From an uncultured Methanosarcinaceae archaeon (GTDB taxonomy: Archaea; Halobacteriota; Methanosarcinia; Methanosarcinales; Methanosarcinaceae): DNA of 64,000 bases. The notes below the pieces were generated by a model that worked only from the letters and a program-made list of their open reading frames with translations, made no database searches and was not told the origin of the DNA. Of the stretch, positions 31,710-44,337 are shown one piece after another. The DNA lies in assembly GCA_963727895.1 (NCBI GenBank), contig CAVSHT010000009.1, positions 372,482-436,481 on the forward strand, given 5' to 3'. Both the position numbers and the translations under genes were made by a program. The first letter of the stretch is position 1. Each line of letters begins with the position of its first letter.

Positions 31710-32396
31710 GTGCCAACAGTGCCTGACATTGAATACCTTAAAAAACTAGCACTTATAGGAGCAGTAAATAAAACCATCAAGGTCTCATCAAGTGAGTTTC
31801 AAAAACATACTGGGGCAAGCTCCAAAACCGCAGCAAGAAAGTTAAAACAGCTGGAAGAGGAAGGGCTTATCGAACGGAAGATTGTTTCTAGTGGCCAGTT
31901 GATAAAAATGACAGAAAAAGGAATTGAAGTACTTAAGAACGAATACCTCGATTACAACAGGATATTTTCTCCGGAACCTGAAACTCTGGTGCTTGAAGGA
32001 AAGGTGCTTACAGGTCTTGGCGAAGGTCAATATTACGTAAATATACCAGGATACAGAAAGCAATTTGAGGAGAAATTGCATTTCGTACCTTTTCCCGGAA
32101 CTCTGAATGTGCAACTTTCTGAAGGCAGTTTGCCTCTTCGAAGTCTTTTGCGTGAAATTCCAGCTACTCGGGTAGAAGGCTTCAATGACGGTGAACGTAC
32201 ATTCGGAGGAGGAAAATGTTATCCAGTTGTCGTTGGCGGAATAGAGGCCGCTATAGTGACTCCTGAAAGAACACATTACCCATCCGATTTGATTGAGATC
32301 ATTGCACCTGTAAAGTTAAGGGATGCTTTGGAACTGAATGATGGAGACAAAGTTGTAATACAGGTAAAAAAACAGGATATGGAGAATCAGAAATGA
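31710..32396 (+). CDS. ribK: CTP-dependent riboflavin kinase with N-terminal winged HTH (RbkR-type)
   Basis: wHTH (SSKTAARKLKQLEEEGLIER) plus GKVLTGLGEGQYY, PFPGTLN, PERTHYP and EIIAPVKLR kinase motifs. Confidence 0.92.
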   Translation: MPTVPDIEYLKKLALIGAVNKTIKVSSSEFQKHTGASSKTAARKLKQLEEEGLIERKIVSSGQLIKMTEKGIEVLKNEYLDYNRIFSPEPETLVLEGKVLTGLGEGQYYVNIPGYRKQFEEKLHFVPFPGTLNVQLSEGSLPLRSLLREIPATRVEGFNDGERTFGGGKCYPVVVGGIEAAIVTPERTHYPSDLIEIIAPVKLRDALELNDGDKVVIQVKKQDMENQK

Positions 32397-33133
32397 GTGG
32401 AAGTACGGTTTACAATTGTCTTACTTATAGAAACGAAAATATCAATCAGGCACTGGAAGCCATTCGGGCTGGAAAAATGATCCAGATCTATGATTCGGAC
32501 GCAAGAGAGGGAGAAACTGACCTTGTAATCCCTGCAAAAGCGGTCACTTTCAAAGAAGTAAAGTGGATGAGAAAAGATGCAGGAGGCCTTATCTGTGTAG
32601 CTGTTGATCCTGTTGCATCAAAACAGCTCAGGCTACCTTTCATGGCTGAACTTGTTAGAGAAGCCAGCAAAACCAGTGACATGCTTGGGGAAGTTGTGGA
32701 AAAAGAAGGTGATCTAAAGTACGATTCTCATTCTTCTTTTTCTCTCTGGGTAAATCATAGAGAAACCAGAACCGGAATTCCTGACAATGAAAGAGCTCTT
32801 ACCATCCAGAAAATAGGAGAAATTACAGAAAAAAAGCTCTCAGGAGATGCAATCCATTTTGGAGACGAATTCCGAACTCCTGGACATGTTGCACTGCTCA
32901 GAGCTGCCGAAGGACTTGTAGATGAGCGCAAAGGTCAGACCGAACTTTCAATTGCCCTTGCCCGTATGGCAGGCATCGCTCCTGCAATGGTAGTCTGCGA
33001 AATGCTGGACGATACTAATGGGAAAGCTCTCTCAAAAGAAGACTCAAAAGAATACGGTAAAGAACATGGTCTTGTATTTCTAGAAGGACAAGAAATAATA
33101 GACGCTTATATGACGTGGGCAAGCTCAGACTAA
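32393..33133 (+). CDS. ribB: 3,4-dihydroxy-2-butanone-4-phosphate synthase
   Basis: DSDAREGETDL, TGIPDNERA, FRTPGHV, RKGQTE and VCEML motifs; overlaps the ribK stop. Confidence 0.95.
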   Translation: MSGSTVYNCLTYRNENINQALEAIRAGKMIQIYDSDAREGETDLVIPAKAVTFKEVKWMRKDAGGLICVAVDPVASKQLRLPFMAELVREASKTSDMLGEVVEKEGDLKYDSHSSFSLWVNHRETRTGIPDNERALTIQKIGEITEKKLSGDAIHFGDEFRTPGHVALLRAAEGLVDERKGQTELSIALARMAGIAPAMVVCEMLDDTNGKALSKEDSKEYGKEHGLVFLEGQEIIDAYMTWASSD

Positions 33134-33552
33134 AAATTTATTTCTTCCATCCTTTTTAGTTTTATTTTTGTTTATTTCTTTGATTTTTTTCATCTTTTTT
33201 TAAAACGCAGAATTTTATAGACAGTGTTGCAAATTTGCTATAAATTTGAAGCCAAGTTTTTATATACTCTGGAAAAAATTGAGCTCTCGACATGGAATTT
33301 TTTATTCAATTACTTCATGAGATTTGTTATTTTGCGGATAAATTATGCACAACTCCACCACTTGTTTTCATAATTTGTTTTTTGTAAACTTTTTTGAATT
33401 TAGAGCTCTTGCACTTTGTTAAATTTGAGCATATTTATATATTCATAAGTATATCGTCCGTAACAAAATAAAAAGAGAAGAAGATTTCAGTAGTGGACTG
33501 AAGAACACTAAGCGATAAGTTTTGGATAAGTTATTGAAATTGGTGGATAAAA

Positions 33553-36128
33553 ATGGCTCGTATATATGTGTCTTCAACTTTTAAGGATCTTAAGGAATGT
33601 CGTGAAAAGGTTAGAGTCACCTTAAAGCGAATGAGCCATGAAGATATAGCAATGGAATATTATGTTGCAGAGGACAAAAGACCAGTTGACAAATGCTTGG
33701 AAGATGTCGCCTCTTGCGACCTATACATAGGTATCTTTGCGTGGAGATACGGTTTTGTGCCTAAAGAATATGATAAATCCATTACTGAACTTGAGTATAG
33801 AAAAGCAGTAGAAACAGGAAAAAATTGCTTAATATTTTTGTTACATGAAGACGCTCCCTGGCCACGAAATTTTATTGATAAAGGTGGAGATCAAGAGAAA
33901 ATTGAGGCTTTAAGGAACGAATTGTCTGCTGAAAAAGAGGTTAGCTTTTTTAAATCAGCAGAGGAACTTGCCAGCGTTGTAGGTCCAGCTGTTCGTAATT
34001 GGGAAATGAACGGAAACCCAGTTCGAGATTCTTTTCATATAGCACCCATTCAAGTCCAAGCATTGACAGAACCTTTTGTAGAACTCCCTGTAATGCAAGA
34101 AATTAAAAGCCATCTCCTCAATGGTAGCAATTCAAAAGGGATACTTGCTATTACCGCAATTCAAGGACTGGAAGGTATTGGAAAAACAACCCTTGCTAAG
34201 ATTGTAGCTCATGATAAAGAGATCCAAAGTTATTTTTCAAATGGAATACTCTGGGTTACTCTTGGTCAGGAACCTGATAAACTCTCTTTGCTAAATGGCT
34301 GGATAAAGGAACTTGGAGATTCTCAATCTAATCATACAACGATAGAAACAGCATCGAATCATTTGATAACACTGCTTTACGAAAAACGCATTCTTTTAGT
34401 CGTAGATTATGCCTGGAACTCCAGTGATGTAAAACCTTTTTTAGTAGGTGGGTCCAGCTGTCAGACTATAATAACAACAAGAAAAGCTTACATAGCTGAT
34501 TATTTAGGTGCAAAATGTTATTCTTTGAATGTAATGACAGAAGAGCAATCTTTAGAGTTATTTGCCAAAATTCTGAAAGATTCCTGGGAAGAAAATGAAA
34601 AAGAGGACGCCCTTAAAGTCGCCAAAGATATTGGTTACCTTCCATTAGCTTTAAATCTGGCAGCTAAAAGAGGAAAAAGGAACTATTCCTGGATCAAGAT
34701 ACACGAAGCGCTTGAAGAAGAAATTGCTCATCTTAGTGTTTTAAGTCCACGAATATTAGGAAAAGGAGAAGAAGGGCTAGAGGCATCTTTAAATTTAAGT
34801 TTAAACGCTCTCAGATCTTATAATGAAGAAGCTTTTTTAAATTTAAGATGGCTTGGGGTTCTGCCTGATGACATTAAAGTGAATGAAAAAATGGCTTCTA
34901 CTCTTTGGGGCATAGATAAAGAAGAAGCTGGAAATATACTGGAAGTGCTATGGGAAGAAGGTCTGCTTACACAAGATTCAGCAATTCATTTGGGGAACGA
35001 AAAACTAAAAACGTATCGTATACATGACCTTTTTCATGATATTGCTTGTCATTATTGACATGTTCCCCCGTTGTGAAAAATAGCACAGAACTTCCTGGTT
35101 TAAGATTAACACTTAATGAAGCTCATGCTTCTTTATTAAAACGTTATCAATCAAAAATGCAGACCGAGGGTTTATGGCATACATTAGAAGATGATGCCTA
35201 CATCCACAGTCATCTGACCTGGCATATGGAGAAAGCAGGAAAGATTGAAGATATCCATAATTTATTAACTGAGGAAAACGAAAAAGGAAAAAATGGGTGG
35301 TATGAAGTCCTTGAATCCCTAAAACTAAATGCAGTTTTTATTGAAGATCTTATGCGAGCTTAGAATTTATCCGAAAAAAATTCAGAGCAACAAATAGAAC
35401 AGGGCAATAAAACTTATTTCATTGGACTGGAAATTCGTTATGCTCTCATATACACTTCGATTAACAGTTTGTCAGCTAATATTCCTACAGAACTACTGGT
35501 TACACTTCTTGAAACTAAAAAATGGACTGAAACTAAAGTATTCATATATGCACAAAAGGAACCTGAATTTTATAGAAGAGTAATCAAATTAATCTCGATT
35601 CATCAAATAATAAATGATAAATCTATAAAAAAAGAAGTAATTGACAAAGCCCTTGAAATAGCCTCAAATATTCAAGATGATTATGAAAGAGCAAAGGCAC
35701 TTTCTGCTATTGTTTCTCATTTAGATGGTCAAAGAAAAGAAGAACTGATGGAAAAGTCTCTTGAAATAGCCTCAAATATTCAAGATGATTATGAAAGAGC
35801 AAAGGCACTTTCTGCTATTGTCTCTCATTTGGATGGCCAAAGAAAAGAAGAACTGATGGAAAAAGCCCTTGAAATAGCCTCAATGATTCAATCTGATTAT
35901 GAAAGAGCAAAGGCACTTTTTTTTGTATTATCTCTCATGAGAAATTCGCCAATAAATAAACTTTATTTTTGGTGGAAAAAAATAATTCAAATCCTCAGAG
36001 AATATACTCGAAGTAACTTACTTTTTAGCATCATCACATTAATTCCAGTTATAAATGATTTGGGTAAAGATGAAACGCTCTTTGAAATCTCTCGGGCTAT
36101 TATAGACGTGTCAAATTGGTTTCTGTAA
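33553..36128 (+). pseudogene. NLR/STAND-like NTPase: DUF4062 + NB-ARC + Apaf-like helical domain + 36-aa helical repeats; disrupted by a frameshift (~35053) and an in-frame TAG (35361-35363)
   Basis: IYVSSTFKDL...SITELEYRKA (DUF4062), Walker A GLEGIGKTT, LLVVDYAW, IITTR, GYLPLAL and IHDL motifs. ORFs 35046..35363 and 35469..36128 share one frame across the TAG. Confidence 0.85.
35646..35919 (+). repeat. Intragenic 108-bp (36-aa) tandem repeat, about 2.5 copies
   Basis: CTTGAAATAGCCTCA recurs at 35652, 35760 and 35868; protein unit ALEIASNIQDDYERAKALSAIVSHLDGQRKEELMEK. Confidence 0.93.
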
Positions 36129-36369
36129 AGTAAGTTTCTGATGGGTACTGTGTAGAAAGGAACCTATTTTTCTTTGTCCAGATGATTGTGATAAAAAGTC
36201 ATCTCGAAAACCTAGCACTTTACTTTTGGTACACTGCCATTTTATATGAAGATAAATTAGTATATCTAATAGGTTCTTGATAGTTTCAACAGTATTAGGT
36301 TTCTTAACCATTTTCTCATTCACCGCCTTTTTTTCGGTTTCGCACATTTGATGTCGGGGGGTTAGAATT

Positions 36370-37233
36370 ACGTTACAGAGATTCAAAAAAGTACAACAAG
36401 TTCTGATCTATGTACTAATTCTAAACCTTGCAGTTTCATTTACCAAAATAATTTACGGAACTATGACTGGCGCGTTAAGTATGACTGCAGATGGTTATCA
36501 TTCTCTTTTTGATGGAGTTTCAAATATCATAGGATTGGCTGGAAATTTTATAGGAGAGCGCCCGCCTGATATAGCACATCCTTATGGGCATAGAAAATAT
36601 GAAACATTAGCCTCTATTCTTATCGCTTTACTTTTGATATTTGTAGGTGTTGAGATTTTCCGGAATGCGCTCAATCGATTCCTTATCCCTAGCACACCAG
36701 AAGTTACAGCTATAAGTTTTCTTATAATCCTCGTGACAATGGGCATCAACTATATGGTAACACAGTACGAATATAAACAGGGTGAATCTCTCCGAAGCCA
36801 GATGCTTGTAGCAGATTCAATGCACACAAAAAGCGACATTTATGTATCTCTATCGGTTATAGTAAGTCTAGCTGCCGTAAAGATCGGTTTTCCTTTCGTG
36901 GATCCTTTAATAGCTGTATTAATTTCATTCTTTATTTTCAGAGCAGGATATCGAATTGTAAAAGAAGGTTCAATAGCCCTTCTGGATATATCCAGAATTG
37001 AAGAAAAAGAAATTTGTAACTTAGTAATGAAAGTTGAAGGGGTAAAGGGCTGCCATAAAATTCGAACTCGTGGGAGCATGGGAGATATCAAGGTTGATAT
37101 GCACCTGCTTGTTCAGCCGGATAAATCTCTTAAGGACGCACACCTTATCTCTCACAAGGTCAGTAAAAAGCTGAAAAGTGAATATCAGGATATTTCTGAT
37201 GTAGTAATCCATATTGAACCTTTCTTACAATAA
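36370..37233 (+). CDS. Cation diffusion facilitator (CDF, FieF-like) transporter; TM1 lies upstream of the first ATG (36463)
   Basis: ADGYHSLFD, HPYGHRKYE, ADSMHTKSD and DVVIHIEP motifs; the frame is open back to ACG at 36370 and encodes VLIYVLILNLAVSFTKIIYG. Confidence 0.85.
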   Translation, partial: TLQRFKKVQQVLIYVLILNLAVSFTKIIYGTMTGALSMTADGYHSLFDGVSNIIGLAGNFIGERPPDIAHPYGHRKYETLASILIALLLIFVGVEIFRNALNRFLIPSTPEVTAISFLIILVTMGINYMVTQYEYKQGESLRSQMLVADSMHTKSDIYVSLSVIVSLAAVKIGFPFVDPLIAVLISFFIFRAGYRIVKEGSIALLDISRIEEKEICNLVMKVEGVKGCHKIRTRGSMGDIKVDMHLLVQPDKSLKDAHLISHKVSKKLKSEYQDISDVVIHIEPFLQ

Positions 37234-37271
37234 CCCGAAGAATCAAATAGCAAAAAAACAAGTTAAGATGC

Positions 37272-38369
37272 ATGGCTGGAAACGTTTTCGGGCAGATGTT
37301 TAGAATAACCACCTGGGGTGAATCTCACGGCAGGGCTGTAGGTGTCGTGGTAGACGGATTGCCTGCAGGGCTTCCTTTCTCAGAAGCTGACATTCAGAAA
37401 GAACTGGATAAAAGACGCCCTGGACAGAGTAAGGTTTCAACTCCCAGGCGTGAGGCTGACAGGGTGGAAATCCTTTCGGGAATCCTTGAAGGAATGAGTA
37501 CAGGTACCCCTGTTTCCATGCTTGTCTGGAATTCGGATGCAAAGTCTTCGGCTTATGATGCAATAAAAGATATTCCAAGACCCGGACACGCTGATTATAC
37601 CTATATGACCCGTTATGGGATGAGGGACCATCGTGGAGGAGGAAGATCTTCAGCCCGGGAAACAATAGGCAGGGTTGCAGGTGGAGCCCTTGCAAAACTC
37701 CTGCTTTCCAGCTTTGGAATCAAAATTGTCGGGCATGTTCTGGAACTCGGAACCATCCGGGCAAAGCCTCTTTCTTTTGAAGAAATTCTTGAAAACGTAG
37801 AAAAGACCCCTGTGCGCTGTGCTGATCTTGAAACCGCTGAAAAAATGCTTGAAAAAGTTGCAGCCCTTCGGCAGGAAGGAGACAGCATAGGAGGCATTGT
37901 AGAACTTATTATAAAAGGTGTACCTGCAGGTCTTGGAGAGCCTGTATTTGATCGGCTGGATGCAGACCTTGCAAAAGCACTCATGAGTATTCCTGCTGTC
38001 AAAGGTTTTGAAATCGGAGCAGGATTTGAGGCTGCCCGTTTGCGTGGGAGCGAAATGAACGATCCTTTCCGGCTCGAGGAAGGAAAAATAACCACTTTGA
38101 CCAATAATGCAGGCGGTATTCTCGGAGGAATCTCAACAGGTCTGGATATTATTTGCAGGGCGGCAGTAAAACCAACTCCCTCAATAGGGAAAATTCAGAA
38201 GACAGTTGACCTCAAAACACTGGAAAATACTGAAATTGCAATAAAAGGAAGGCATGACCCAACGATTCCTCCACGCATGGTTCCGGTTGCTGAAGCAATG
38301 GTTGCCCTTGTGCTTGCTGACCATATGCTCAGGAGCGGTTTTATTAATCCCAGAACTCTGCTGGAATAA
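37272..38369 (+). CDS. aroC: Chorismate synthase
   Basis: [25 protein letters not shown] and GRHDP motifs. Confidence 0.97.
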   Translation: MAGNVFGQMFRITTWGESHGRAVGVVVDGLPAGLPFSEADIQKELDKRRPGQSKVSTPRREADRVEILSGILEGMSTGTPVSMLVWNSDAKSSAYDAIKDIPRPGHADYTYMTRYGMRDHRGGGRSSARETIGRVAGGALAKLLLSSFGIKIVGHVLELGTIRAKPLSFEEILENVEKTPVRCADLETAEKMLEKVAALRQEGDSIGGIVELIIKGVPAGLGEPVFDRLDADLAKALMSIPAVKGFEIGAGFEAARLRGSEMNDPFRLEEGKITTLTNNAGGILGGISTGLDIICRAAVKPTPSIGKIQKTVDLKTLENTEIAIKGRHDPTIPPRMVPVAEAMVALVLADHMLRSGFINPRTLLE

Positions 38370-38654
38370 GGCAATAGGTTATAAAAATGATGAGAAACGC
38401 TAGTGAATTTTTCATAAAAGCAAGGCTTTATTTCCTACGTTCTTTTTATAATTATGCATTTGAAATGATAGAATATTAATATTACTTTATTAATATGAAC
38501 TTTCAAAAATTCAAATATTTCGAGTCTCAATCAGACCAATTACAATTAAATTAATTTGACGTTATTGTTTTTAGAGATAGGATTAACATTTATATAATTA
38601 GTGAAATGTTAATCTCATTAAACTTTGAATGCTATAAGTAAAAACAGTTAATTT

Positions 38655-40263
<1,609 letters not shown>

Positions 40264-40268
40264 AATAA

Positions 40269-40727
40269 ATGGATAAAACGGATGTAAAACTGTTAAAACT
40301 CATGCAGGACGGAATTCCAATCACACATTCTCCATTCAAAGAATTTGCTTCTGAACTTGGTATAAGTGAACAGGAAGTTGTTGACAGGCTAAAAAGCCTT
40401 CAGAAAGCCGGAAAAATTCGACGTTTTGCAGCTTCAATAGGGCATAGGGCAATAGGCATAACAGCCAATGCAATGTGTGTCTGGAATGTTCCTGATGAGC
40501 AGATCGAAACTGTAGGGAATATCATGGCTGAATTTCCTGAAGTAACTCATTGCTATGAACGTCCTCGCTATCCTGACTGGCCATATAATCTGTTTACTAT
40601 GGTTCACTCTTATACCCCAGAGGACTGTGAAAAAGTAGCTATAAGAATCTCAGAAGCCACCGGAATTAAGGATTACACACTCTTTTTCAGTGAAAAAGAA
40701 TTCAAAAAAACCGGCGTCAGACTGTAA
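40269..40727 (+). CDS. ahbB: Sirohaem decarboxylase beta subunit
   Basis: NAMCVW, VTHCYERP..PDWPYNLFTMVH and EFKKT motifs. Confidence 0.92.
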   Translation: MDKTDVKLLKLMQDGIPITHSPFKEFASELGISEQEVVDRLKSLQKAGKIRRFAASIGHRAIGITANAMCVWNVPDEQIETVGNIMAEFPEVTHCYERPRYPDWPYNLFTMVHSYTPEDCEKVAIRISEATGIKDYTLFFSEKEFKKTGVRL

Positions 40728-40766
40728 AGTCTCGAGATTAAGATTTTTATTAAGAGGTTTCTAGCT

Positions 40767-41441
40767 ATGGCCGAAACAAACAATATTCTTCCTCTTATGC
40801 TTGATTTGTCTGGCAAGAAAATCGTTATTTTCGGAGGAGGCTCAGTCGGAGAACATAAAGCTGAACTCTTTTCAGGCTGCGCAGATACCCTTGTTGTTAG
40901 CCTCGATTTCTCACAGAAGCTTAAGGAGCTTGAAGCATCAGGAAAGGTAAAACTTGTTCGGCTTAACCTGCTTGAAGCTTCAGATTCAGAACTCAAGAAT
41001 CTAATATCAGGATCTTTCATTGTTATACCGGCAACAAGCAATTTTGAACTTAACCAAAAAATCGCTGATATTGCACGAGAGAGCGATATTTTGATTAATC
41101 AGGTAGATGCTTTAGGTAGTGTCGTAATCCCATCAGTAATAAAAAGAGGAGATCTTGTAATCGGGATTTCCACTCTCGGCCACAGCCCTGCAGTCTCAAA
41201 ATATACCCGCAGGAAAATCGAAGGTTTGATTACTCCCGAATACTCTGATATGATTAGACTGCAGGATGAGTTAAGGAGTTACCTTAAAAAACATGTGGCA
41301 GAACAGAAGCAGAGAAAGGAAATTATATGGAAAATCCTTGGAAGCGATTCTGTTTGGAGTGGATTTTCCGAATCTTATGAAGAAGCAGCCAAAAAAGCAT
41401 ATTCGATAATTTCGGATATCCTTGAAAGTTCTGACAAGTAA
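40767..41441 (+). CDS. sirC: Precorrin-2 dehydrogenase (SirC / CysG N-terminal type)
   Basis: IFGGGSVGE Rossmann motif, INQVD and IGISTLGHSP. Confidence 0.87.
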   Translation: MAETNNILPLMLDLSGKKIVIFGGGSVGEHKAELFSGCADTLVVSLDFSQKLKELEASGKVKLVRLNLLEASDSELKNLISGSFIVIPATSNFELNQKIADIARESDILINQVDALGSVVIPSVIKRGDLVIGISTLGHSPAVSKYTRRKIEGLITPEYSDMIRLQDELRSYLKKHVAEQKQRKEIIWKILGSDSVWSGFSESYEEAAKKAYSIISDILESSDK

Positions 41442-41638
41442 AACCTATCAAAACCTGTGAATCAAAATATGTTAGAAATAAACCTTAAAGCATTACGGAA
41501 TAAACCCTAAAGTATTCTGTAAATAAAAATTCATTTAGTGAAAAAAGGTTTTGGAGTTCTGGACAAGTTTAATTTACAACTCCTTATATTACCCCTTAAT
41601 TAATTTTATCCCCTTATCATTCTATCCGGAGGCTCTCT

Positions 41639-42961
41639 GTGACAGAAATCTCAAGCATGGTTATATCCCATAAAAAAGCAAAAATTGAGGAAATGGAGTC
41701 CGCCTGGCATGGAGATCTGGACGGTCTTCTCGATCATCTAAGTAATCATGAGTACGTTTACGAGTGTGTTGTATTAAAAACCTGTAACCGTGTTGAAATC
41801 TACGTTGTTTCCCCAAAAAGCAGCAGTGTACTTTTCTCTTTTGCAAAGGAAATGGGAGCTTCCACCCACATTATAGATTTTTATGGACACGACGAGTCCC
41901 TTGAACACCTGCTCAGACTTTCTGGCGGACTTGAATCTATGATTGTAGGAGAAGACCAAATCCTTGGACAGATAAAAGATCTCTATGCATATTGCAAGAA
42001 AAAAGGAACAACTGGAAAAATTCTGGACACTGCTTTTGATAAAGCTATTCAGGTCGGCAAACGTATACGCAACGAAACAAGAATAAATAAAGGTTCTGTT
42101 TCTATAGGTTCTGCGGCTGTAGATCTTGCGGAGGATATTCTGGAAGGGCTTACAGGAAAATCCGTGCTCGTAATAGGAGCAGGAGAAATTGGAGTTCTTG
42201 TAGCAAAAGCTCTTGCTGAAAAAGATATCGAGGCAATTTACATTGCTAATCGTACCTTTAAAAAAGCCGAAGAAATTGCCTATGAACTTGGAGGATATGC
42301 GGTAAAGCTCAATGATGTTCAAGCTCAACTTAAAAATGCTGATGTTGTAATTAGCGGCACCGGAGCCCCACATTACATTTTAACCAGGGAAATGATTGAA
42401 AAAACGATGAGCGAGCGTGATAAAACCCGTAAACTCCTTTTAATCGATATAGCAAATCCCAGGGATATTGAGGAATCAGTTACTGAACTTGAGAACGTAG
42501 AACTATGTAATATTGACAATCTCAGGGTAATTAGTGAAAAAACTCTTAAGATGAGAAAAGAAGAAGCTAAAAAAGCCGAAGATATAATTCAGGAAGAGAT
42601 CAAGCTTTTAAATCTCCAGTACAAGCGCCAGAGAGCCGACAAAATTATATCTGACCTCTACAGGCAAGTGTACGATGTAAGAATAAATGAAAGGGAAAAA
42701 GCAGTAAACAGATTATCTGCTTACCATACAATAGGGAAAATTGAAACTGAGGTACTTGACGACCTTACCCATTCCATTGCAAATAAAATTCTTGCAGAAC
42801 CTACTAAAGTCCTTCGTCAAGCAGCAGAACTCGAAAATGAGGAATTCCTTGATGTAGTTTCGAGGATTTTCTGCCTTGAAAAAGAGAAGGTAAAGGTTGA
42901 AAAAATAAAACCCGATTGCGTAAATGAGTTAAATCAAGTCTCTGAAAAAGGCAACTCGTAA
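41639..42961 (+). CDS. hemA: Glutamyl-tRNA reductase
   Basis: TCNRVEIY, GLESMIVGEDQILGQ, GAGEIG and DIANPRDI motifs. Confidence 0.96.
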   Translation: MTEISSMVISHKKAKIEEMESAWHGDLDGLLDHLSNHEYVYECVVLKTCNRVEIYVVSPKSSSVLFSFAKEMGASTHIIDFYGHDESLEHLLRLSGGLESMIVGEDQILGQIKDLYAYCKKKGTTGKILDTAFDKAIQVGKRIRNETRINKGSVSIGSAAVDLAEDILEGLTGKSVLVIGAGEIGVLVAKALAEKDIEAIYIANRTFKKAEEIAYELGGYAVKLNDVQAQLKNADVVISGTGAPHYILTREMIEKTMSERDKTRKLLLIDIANPRDIEESVTELENVELCNIDNLRVISEKTLKMRKEEAKKAEDIIQEEIKLLNLQYKRQRADKIISDLYRQVYDVRINEREKAVNRLSAYHTIGKIETEVLDDLTHSIANKILAEPTKVLRQAAELENEEFLDVVSRIFCLEKEKVKVEKIKPDCVNELNQVSEKGNS

Positions 42962-43007
42962 GAATAACCAAAAGTTAGATTAAACTAACAATAACAGAAG
43001 TGATTAA

Positions 43008-43982
43008 ATGTTTCCAGATCTAAGGTTAAGAAGATTGAGAAAAGGAAAGATAAAGAACCTTGTGCGTGAAACGACCTTATCCGTGGACGATCTTATCCAG
43101 CCTATTTTTGTGAATGAAAATATCTACTCTCCTGTTGAAATACCTTCCATGCCTGGAATATATAATATTCCTCTCTCTGAGGTTGCAAAAGAGGCAAGGG
43201 AGATTGCAGACCTCGGAATTCCTGCAGTAATCGTTTTCGGAGTACCTGCATTTAAAGATGCAGAAGGCAGTTCCTCTTATGGCAAAAAAGACATTGTTCA
43301 GGAAGCTGTCCGCAGAATCAAGGCAGAGGTTGGAGACGAACTTGTGGTGATTACAGATGTCTGTATGTGCGAATACACAAGCCACGGTCACTGCGGAATT
43401 GTGGACATGGAAACAAAAGAAATTTTGAATGATCCTACACTTGAGATCCTTGGAAAAATTGCAGTGAGCCATGCAGAAGCAGGCGCTGATATAGTGGCTC
43501 CATCAGGTATGATGGATGGAATGGTAGAAGCCATCAGACAAGCACTTGACCGTAATGGATTTGATAATATTCCAATCATGTCCTATGCCGCAAAGTACCA
43601 CTCCTGTTTCTATGGACCTTTCAGGGAAGCTGCTGCATCAGGATATTCCTTTGGAGATCGTTCTACCTATCAAATGGACCCTGCGAACAGCAATGAAGCT
43701 ATAAGAGAAGTGGACCTCGATCTCTCTGAAGGCGCAGATATGATAATTGTAAAGCCAGCTCTTCCCTACCTTGATATTATTTTCCGGGTTAAAATGGAAT
43801 TTGGAATGCCGACAGTTGCATACGCTGTAAGCGGAGAATATTCCATGATCAAAGCCGCCGCAGCTAATGGCTGGCTTGATGAAAAGAAAGCAATTTACGA
43901 ATCTCTTATTTCCATTAAAAGGGCAGGAGCCGATATTATCATTACCTACTTTGCAAAAGATGCTGCCCGCATGCTGAAGTAA
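43008..43982 (+). CDS. hemB: Porphobilinogen synthase
   Basis: [31 protein letters not shown] and VKPALPYLD motifs. Confidence 0.97.
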   Translation: MFPDLRLRRLRKGKIKNLVRETTLSVDDLIQPIFVNENIYSPVEIPSMPGIYNIPLSEVAKEAREIADLGIPAVIVFGVPAFKDAEGSSSYGKKDIVQEAVRRIKAEVGDELVVITDVCMCEYTSHGHCGIVDMETKEILNDPTLEILGKIAVSHAEAGADIVAPSGMMDGMVEAIRQALDRNGFDNIPIMSYAAKYHSCFYGPFREAAASGYSFGDRSTYQMDPANSNEAIREVDLDLSEGADMIIVKPALPYLDIIFRVKMEFGMPTVAYAVSGEYSMIKAAAANGWLDEKKAIYESLISIKRAGADIIITYFAKDAARMLK

Positions 43983-44011
43983 GTGCCTCTTTTTCAGGCA
44001 CACTTCTTTTT
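43983..44011 (+). terminator. Hairpin plus T-tract after hemB
   Basis: GTGCCT-CTTTTTC-AGGCAC followed by ACTTCTTTTT. Confidence 0.5.
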
Positions 44012-44337
44012 AGAAAGCTTATTCCATTTTTCTCTTTCATTTTCTGATCTTTTAAGCCTAATATTAATTTCACTAATTAATTTCACTCATATGCTTATCA
44101 TTACTGCTTAATAGGGAAAAAACTGCTATAATATAGAGAGCAGCAAAAAAGATGTTGCACATTACTTATAAGTGCAATTTAATATATAGTCAGTAGAATA
44201 TAAAAATTCGGTTTAATTCAAAATTCAGTTGGTTAAATTTTAATTCAAAATTCAGTTCAAACTTGAGTTCAGCCCAGAGCTTCACTAAATATATGAATAA
44301 TTATCACAGATTTTCAGCTTAATTTGGTGAGATTTCC

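Noticed and set aside
33220..33430. Possible IS end (GACAGTGTTGCAAA) upstream of the NLR-like gene
   Set aside because: No partner inverted repeat or transposase fragment could be identified.
36144..36238. Possible MITE/IS remnant with ends GGTACTGTGTAGAAAG and CTTTTGGTACACTGCC
   Set aside because: Only about 10 of 16 positions match as an inverted repeat; no target-site duplication and no second copy in the window.
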